DNA of 32,000 nt from Trichodesmium erythraeum IMS101 (lineage in GTDB: Bacteria > Cyanobacteriota > Cyanobacteriia > Cyanobacteriales > Microcoleaceae). The position numbers and the translations under genes are program-made. Under the pieces are notes generated by a model, which had not been told where the DNA came from, made no database searches, and saw nothing but the letters and a program-made list of their open reading frames with translations. The number at the start of each line of letters is the position of its first letter. The first letter of the stretch is position 1. The DNA is taken from the NCBI RefSeq assembly GCF_000014265.1, contig NC_008312.1:1770001-1802000 (forward strand). The letters run 5' to 3'. Positions 26,533 through 32,000 of this stretch are shown here, in pieces.

Positions 26533-27189
26533 ACTTTTGTCCAGGATAAGTTAATTAATTATAATACTTTTCCCAATTGTAGATTAATCTATCCAGGGCT
26601 GGCTAATTAAATATAAAACTATATATACAGATAAAGGCTTTAGCGTTTTTTATCGTTTTAAAAAGTGCCTAGTTGTGCTTAGGATATTAATCCTAGTATA
26701 GATATGGTTAAGCCCAAATTCGGCGATTAAACTTTCTGGGGGTACTATCTTTTATAAGAAACTTCTAAAAATCTTGTAGGGAAAATCTAAGACGTTTTCA
26801 CTCTCCACCCCACCCATTTTAGGTTAAAGATCGAGAAGCATTTTATAATAAGTGATTAGGCTATTTTTTTCTAATATTAGATATTTTCAGAGCAAAAAAT
26901 ATATAAAGGTGCCTTTAATTTCTATATTTAGGCGATCGCTTTCTTGGAAAGAGAAAACACCTTACTCCTGATATAGAGTATAAAAAAATGTTAGACAGGA
27001 AATTTTACTTGTAGAATACTTAGAGTTGATTTTTGACGATTCTCAATCATATCTATTAGAAACCGGGTGTATCCCTAAAGTTTATAATAATGGGAAAAGT
27101 TAAATCTTCCCCAAGTTTAGCTTAAACTTTGTTGACATCCAACAAGCCTAAAAATATGGGGAAAAACCTATCCATATCCCAAAATTTAT

Positions 27190-27217
27190 TTGACATTTCA
27201 CAGGATGCCGCTATCTT
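27190..27217 (+). promoter_or_regulatory. candidate sigma-70-type promoter in an ORF-poor intergenic region
   Basis: TTGACA (27190-27195), a 16-nt spacer, then TATCTT (27212-27217). A second perfect TTGACA at 27132-27137 has only a poor -10 (TATGGG). No credible downstream ORF. Confidence 0.3.
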
Positions 27218-27728
27218 ATTGGTAATCTTAGGCTTGCCTTCAGGTCTATTTAAAGTCTCGGAATACCCGAGGGCGACTTACCAAAAATTATTGTGGGTCT
27301 TTGTTTGTGTCCTCAAGGCACTAACCTTTCCGAAGCCTAAAAGCTCTTCTTATTCTACTCTCAAGTGAATGAGTGTCGACCTAATATTCGTTTCTACAGT
27401 ATTTGTGATAAAAGGTCGGTATTTGAACGTTAATTAAACCTGCTTATTATAATTTGAATTTTCGCCCAATGGGTGGGCGAGGCTTTAAACCAAATTTTTC
27501 GGTAAGTAAGGATCTATCTGACTGAGGCCATTCTTATTATATTTGTGATTATACTACCAACCAGAATGTGGCAGTAGCCCAAATGTTTAAATAAAGAAGG
27601 TTAAGTACTGTCAGGCAGACACCGAAAAAAGATCATAGAGTATGAATTATATTGGGCTAGAAGTTGATACTCCTGTTAGGATATTCCTGTGAAGTGAAAA
27701 TACCAAACCATTCACAGCAGTGAGTATG

Positions 27729-27824
27729 TCATTTGTAAAGTTCAGTCGAAAGCCGGAATGCTAAGATTCCTGGTATTAGAGCAATTACTAGAGCAACTAA
27801 TACTTGGGTATCAGATAAAGGCAT
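27729..27824 (-). CDS. psaM: photosystem I reaction centre subunit XII
   Basis: Hand translation gives [31 protein letters not shown] (31 aa, TGA stop). As I recall them, this is near-identical to known PsaM sequences (M.L.DTQ....[16 protein letters not shown]). AGGAG lies 10 nt upstream of the ATG. Missing from the ORF track because of its size. Confidence 0.9.
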   Translation of the reverse strand: MPLSDTQVLVALVIALIPGILAFRLSTELYK

Positions 27825-27980
27825 AGTTTAAAACTCCTAATATTTGTAGTTTACTTTGCAGTTAACTTTCAATATTTTACCTGTAATTTACAAATTACAA
27901 ATTCATAGACTGTTATTGTTACAAATTTAAATAAACATTAAACTTTTTCCTTTTTTTCTATTCTCTACTTCCCAGAAAGA

Positions 27981-28011
27981 TAGTTAGCCCTTTAAATTAG
28001 GGAGCTAACTA
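27981..28011 (-). terminator. possible terminator hairpin downstream of ndk
   Basis: TAGTTAGCCC..GGGAGCTAACTA forms a ~10-bp stem with a 1-nt bulge and a 10-nt loop. It lies 35 nt after the ndk stop. The minus-strand tail UCUUUCU is only moderately U-rich. Confidence 0.3.
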
Positions 28012-28045
28012 ATAGATATTTCAAGTCAGAACAATTTTAACTATT

Positions 28046-28495
28046 TTATTCTACAATCCAGGAAGTTAAAGTAGGTTTCCATGATACTAACTCTTCTTCT
28101 TTAAACCAAAGATTAATTTCGGTCTGAGCTGTCTCAATAGCATCAGAACCATGTATTAGATTACGGCCAAGACTAATTCCATAGTCACCGCGAATTGTAC
28201 CAGGTTCAGCGGTCAAAGGATTAGTTGCCCCAATAATTTTTCTCGCAGACGCTACAACTCCTTCACCTTCCCAAACCATTGCTACTAAAGGACCAGATTT
28301 AATAAATTCTATTAAACTTGAAAAAAATGGTCTTTCTTTGTGAACATCATAGTGTTTTTCAGCAAGTTCCTTAGTTACCGTCATGATTTTAAGACCTACT
28401 AGGGTAAAACCTTTTGTTTCAAAGCGACTGATAATCTGGCCTACAAGTCCTCTTTGGACACCATCCGGTTTAATCGCTATAAAGGTGCGTTCCAA
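28046..28495 (-). CDS. ndk: nucleoside diphosphate kinase
   Basis: Canonical Ndk sequence ([25 protein letters not shown]). The track start TTG at 28510 adds 5 residues. The TTG at 28493-28495 gives the usual M-ERTF N-terminus and is preceded by GAGGAG with a 6-nt spacer, so it is preferred (149 aa). Confidence 0.93.
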   Translation of the reverse strand: MERTFIAIKPDGVQRGLVGQIISRFETKGFTLVGLKIMTVTKELAEKHYDVHKERPFFSSLIEFIKSGPLVAMVWEGEGVVASARKIIGATNPLTAEPGTIRGDYGISLGRNLIHGSDAIETAQTEINLWFKEEELVSWKPTLTSWIVE

Positions 28496-28653
28496 ACTGA
28501 TACTCCTCAAAAATTTATTCTACAGTAGTACTCTACAATACAAAGTAAATTATAGTTTAGGCTACAGTATTATAATTTTTTTGATAACTTTTATAGCTAT
28601 ACTTATTAAGTTAAAATTATTTCAAATTTAGTCTATTAAAATTAAAATATAAA

Positions 28654-30735
28654 ATGGATTTACACTCAACTATAAATGAAAATTCTTCTCAGATTTCAAA
28701 CAATACATTACTAACTAATATTTCTCAAACAGATCAAACAGAAATTAATGATATCAAGTCTGAACAAAAAAAATTATGGAGAATTGAAGATAGTGAGAAG
28801 CTATATAAAATACTTGGTTGGGGCCATCCTTATTTTTCCATTAATTCTGTTGGTCATGTAACAGTTTCTCCAAAGGGTGATTTAGGAGGTTCTTTAGACT
28901 TATATGAACTTGTTGAGTCTATTAAACAAAGAAATATAGGGCTGCCATTAATTATTAGATTTTCAGATATTCTTGAAGATAGAATTGAAAGGTTAAATGC
29001 TTGTTTTTCTAAAGCGATCGCTCGTTATAAGTATAAGAATATATATCGAGGTGTATTTCCTGTAAAGTGTAATCAAAATAGTCATTTAGTAGAGGAAGTA
29101 GTTAAATTTGGCAAACCTCATAAATTTGGTCTAGAAGCAGGTTCAAAACCAGAATTATTAATTGCTATAGCTACTTTGAATACAACGGACGGACTAATAA
29201 TTTGTAATGGCTATAAAGACAGAGAATATATTGAGACAGCAATACTAGCTCAAAGATTAGGAAAAATACCAATAATTGTTATTGAACAAGTAGAAGAAGT
29301 ACAGTTAGTGATAGAAGCTAGTCGAAAACTAAATATTAAACCTGTAGTAGGAATTCGGGTAAAACTAAGTACTAAAGGTATGGGTCGTTGGGCAGGAACT
29401 ACAGGCGATCGCGCAAAATTCGGATTGAATATTCCTGAAATAATTAAAGTTGTGAATCAGTTAAAAAGTACGGGTATTTTAGATTCTTTACAACTCTTAC
29501 ATTTTCATATTGGCTCTCAAATTTCTTCAATTAGTGTAATTAAAGATGCTATTAGAGAAGCAAGTCAAATTTATGTAGAATTAGCTCAACTAGGAGCGAA
29601 TATGAAATATTTAGATGTAGGGGGTGGTTTAGCAGTTGATTATGATGGTTCTAAAAGCAATTTTTATGCTTCTAAAAATTATGATATGCAGAACTATGCT
29701 AATGATATTGTGGCAGAAGTTAAAGAAGCTTGTGAAGAGAAAAATATATTACCTCCAATATTAATTAGTGAAAGTGGTAGAGCAGTCGCATCCCATCAAT
29801 CAGTTCTAGTTTTTGATGTATTAGGAGTTAGTCAAATTCCGAAAGAAGAACCACCAGTTATTGGCAAAGGCGAACATTTAATTTTGCAAAACCTTTATGA
29901 AACGTATCAATCTATTAACAAAGATAATTATCAGGAAGCATATCATGACGCAATTCAATTCAAAGAAGAATCTATTAGTATATTTAATTTTGGATATCTT
30001 AGTATTAGTGAACGAGCAAAAGTAGAGCAACTATATTGGGGATGTTTGAGAAAAATTCAAGAAATACTAAAAAGCTCTGAATATATTCCAAATGATCTGG
30101 AAGAACTAGAGAAAGTCATGGCATCTATTTACTATATTAATCTTTCTGTTTTTCAATCTGCTCCTGATAGTTGGGCAATTAATCAATTATTTCCAATTAT
30201 GCCTATACATAGATTAGATGAAGAACCTACTGAAAGAGTTATATTAGCCGACCTTACCTGCGATAGTGATGGAAAAATTGATCGATTTATTGATTTGCGA
30301 GATATAAAATCATTACTAGAATTACACCCTCTTCAAGTTAGTAATAAATCTTCCCAATATTCTCCTATTCAAAAACTAGAAAATTCTACTACAGAAATTA
30401 TTTCTGTTTTTGAACCTTACTATTTGGCAATGTTTCTTGGAGGTGCATACCAAGAAATAATGGGTAATCTCCATAATTTGTTTGGTGATGTCAATGTTGT
30501 ACATATTAAATTAAATCCTTCTGGCTACAAAATTGAACACGTTGTTAAAGGTGACACAATGACAGAAGTATTGAATTATGTTCAGTATAATTCTGATGAT
30601 CTAGTGGAAAATATTCGCTGTCAAACTGAGCAAGCTTTACAAGAAGAAAAAATTACCCTTAAAGAATCACGAATGCTGCTACAAAATTATGAGAGTAGTC
30701 TCAGTAGTTACACTTATTTAAGTTTAAGTAACTAA
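28654..30735 (+). CDS. speA: biosynthetic arginine decarboxylase (PLP-dependent, Orn/DAP/Arg decarboxylase family 2)
   Basis: 693 aa, ATG start. SpeA-type motifs are present: YGVFPVKCNQ, LEAGSKPEL, HFHIGSQ, LDVGGGLAVDYDG, ESGRA and a C-terminal LTCDSDGKI. The N-terminal ~40 aa are a low-complexity extension. Confidence 0.95.
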   Translation: MDLHSTINENSSQISNNTLLTNISQTDQTEINDIKSEQKKLWRIEDSEKLYKILGWGHPYFSINSVGHVTVSPKGDLGGSLDLYELVESIKQRNIGLPLIIRFSDILEDRIERLNACFSKAIARYKYKNIYRGVFPVKCNQNSHLVEEVVKFGKPHKFGLEAGSKPELLIAIATLNTTDGLIICNGYKDREYIETAILAQRLGKIPIIVIEQVEEVQLVIEASRKLNIKPVVGIRVKLSTKGMGRWAGTTGDRAKFGLNIPEIIKVVNQLKSTGILDSLQLLHFHIGSQISSISVIKDAIREASQIYVELAQLGANMKYLDVGGGLAVDYDGSKSNFYASKNYDMQNYANDIVAEVKEACEEKNILPPILISESGRAVASHQSVLVFDVLGVSQIPKEEPPVIGKGEHLILQNLYETYQSINKDNYQEAYHDAIQFKEESISIFNFGYLSISERAKVEQLYWGCLRKIQEILKSSEYIPNDLEELEKVMASIYYINLSVFQSAPDSWAINQLFPIMPIHRLDEEPTERVILADLTCDSDGKIDRFIDLRDIKSLLELHPLQVSNKSSQYSPIQKLENSTTEIISVFEPYYLAMFLGGAYQEIMGNLHNLFGDVNVVHIKLNPSGYKIEHVVKGDTMTEVLNYVQYNSDDLVENIRCQTEQALQEEKITLKESRMLLQNYESSLSSYTYLSLSN

Positions 30736-31210
30736 CAAAAAATTCAGTAGCTATAAATGATATTAAAGCTATTTATAATGGCTATTGACTAATACCTAAT
30801 TCAATGATTTTAGAGTTAATTAGCAAACCCTAATTAAACCCACCTACTTATAATAACTATAGAACTTAAACACCCATAGAAATAGGATACTATCTGTAAC
30901 GTTTAACAGCAGTTTGTTCGGAATTATAAAGAACAACACCTCTACTAAATATGGTGCTTTTGGTTAAGTGCTGAACTATTAGAAAAAACCTAAATATTTG
31001 TGGCAAAAATCTAAAAATTTGGTATCGGTAGCTGTATGTAAAGTATACAAATAATTAGAGGGAAAAAAAGCTTAGGCTACAAAAGTTTTATTATTCAAAC
31101 GTTGTAAATATAATTAATTTCCAATCCGATGTTGTAATGCTATACTCCTTGCTACCTTCTTAGCCCTTGTTCATCCACATCTATTATTAAGGGAGCAGGA
31201 CTAGCAAAAA

Positions 31211-32000
31211 CTAACCCCCATTTTCCTGCAAAATATCCTTAATTGTTTCATGTTCTGCAGGAGGAGGAGAAGGAAAAGGATGACGAGTATCAGTAATTAG
31301 CCAATCAAGGGAAGCCGCTTGAACATCAATAGATGATCCAGTCTTATCCACACAATAACGACCAAAAACCAACTTATCAACTAAGCGAACTCCTGGACCT
31401 AAACGAGAATACTCAAAAATAACACTACTATCAACAGTTGCACCACTGCAAATCCAGCAATTAGGACCAATCATACTTGGCCCAACAATTTTGGCTCCAT
31501 CTTCAATCCTGGTCATACCCCCAATATAAACAGGTCTCTTAATATCTATCTTATCCCAGTTAACGGCTACATTCAAACCAGTATAAATTCCTGGAGATAC
31601 TTCCTTTCCAGGAATAGAAACATTTTTCACTTTTCCTATGAGCACATCTCTAATTGCTTGCCAGTAGTCCGGCACCTTACCAATATCCACCCATTCAAAA
31701 TCCATTGCTACACCATAAAAAGGTGCCCCTATCTCTACCAACTTAGGGAATAACTGACTACCAATATCAAATTCCACACCAGATGGAATACAATCAAGCA
31801 CCTCTGGTTCAAAAATATAAATACCAGTATTAATATTGGTACTAAGAGCTTCTTCAACTTTTGGCTTCTCCTGAAAAGACTGAATTCGTCCTGTTTCATC
31901 TGTGACTACAACACCATAGCTAGAAACCTGTTCCCGAGGAATAGACTTCATAATTACAGTAGCCATAGCTCCTTTTTCTTTGTGCCGCTGGAGTGCTTTA
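31211..32000 (-). CDS. NDP-sugar pyrophosphorylase (mannose-1-phosphate guanylyltransferase-like), C-terminal part; the N-terminus lies beyond the right edge
   Basis: The frame stays open upstream of the track ATG to position 32000 (..KALQRHKEKGAMATVIM..). It has the nucleotidyltransferase core (YGVVVTD..GRI..FQEKP..NTGIYIFEP) and a left-handed beta-helix-like C-terminus. The GxGxR N-terminal motif would lie outside the window. Confidence 0.85.
   Translation of the reverse strand, partial: KALQRHKEKGAMATVIMKSIPREQVSSYGVVVTDETGRIQSFQEKPKVEEALSTNINTGIYIFEPEVLDCIPSGVEFDIGSQLFPKLVEIGAPFYGVAMDFEWVDIGKVPDYWQAIRDVLIGKVKNVSIPGKEVSPGIYTGLNVAVNWDKIDIKRPVYIGGMTRIEDGAKIVGPSMIGPNCWICSGATVDSSVIFEYSRLGPGVRLVDKLVFGRYCVDKTGSSIDVQAASLDWLITDTRHPFPSPPPAEHETIKDILQENGG

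Noticed and set aside
27461-27480. Hairpin TCGCCCA-ATGGG-TGGGCGA, and the CTGTGAA..TTCACAG hairpin (~27689-27719) just downstream of psaM, considered as terminators or a tRNA-like element.
   Set aside because: Neither is followed by a convincing U-tract on the relevant strand. No cloverleaf or T-loop (GTTCGAATC-like) sequence is nearby. The evidence is insufficient.
1-32000. Search by eye for tRNA, rRNA, tmRNA, RNase P RNA, SRP RNA, group II introns, retron or DGR reverse transcriptases, transposases and integrases.
   Set aside because: I found no conserved signature such as T-loop motifs, RNase P GGAAAGUCCGG or an SRP GGAA tetraloop context, and no matching ORFs. A covariance-model scan (Infernal/tRNAscan-SE) is needed to exclude small RNAs rigorously.

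Overview
AT-rich cyanobacterial chromosome segment. Recognisable core genes are petB-petD (cytochrome b6f), psaM (31 aa, below the ORF-track cut-off), ndk, purH, speA, an S41 Ctp protease, a GT4 glycosyltransferase, a DppC/OppC-type ABC permease and a partial NDP-sugar pyrophosphorylase. There are 11 copies of the cyanobacterial HIP1 palindrome GCGATCGC. By my tally only about half of the 32 kb (~16 kb) is coding. Together with the low GC this suggests a Trichodesmium-like filamentous cyanobacterium (inference, not verified). Two regions are not explained by ordinary annotation. (1) 5971-12346 is a 6.3-kb ORF-free tandem array of 36 copies of a 183-bp unit. The unit contains a nested 49-bp duplication, and the array has four 134-bp deletion variants and a ~1.36-kb higher-order block that reads as an exact duplicate. 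(2) 14286-18537 is a tightly packed four-ORF minus-strand cassette. It is headed by a two-TM NACHT/STAND-like P-loop NTPase whose reading frame continues through a single in-frame TAA into the next ORF. A small polytopic membrane protein and a 532-aa coiled-coil protein with one TM helix follow. This is a candidate conflict/defence or cell-fate module with no recognisable classical effector. A ~105-bp MITE-like element with 14-bp perfect terminal inverted repeats sits just upstream of the cassette and has two decayed copies at 0.7-1.2 kb. No rRNA, tRNA, CRISPR, transposase or integrase gene was recognised by eye.
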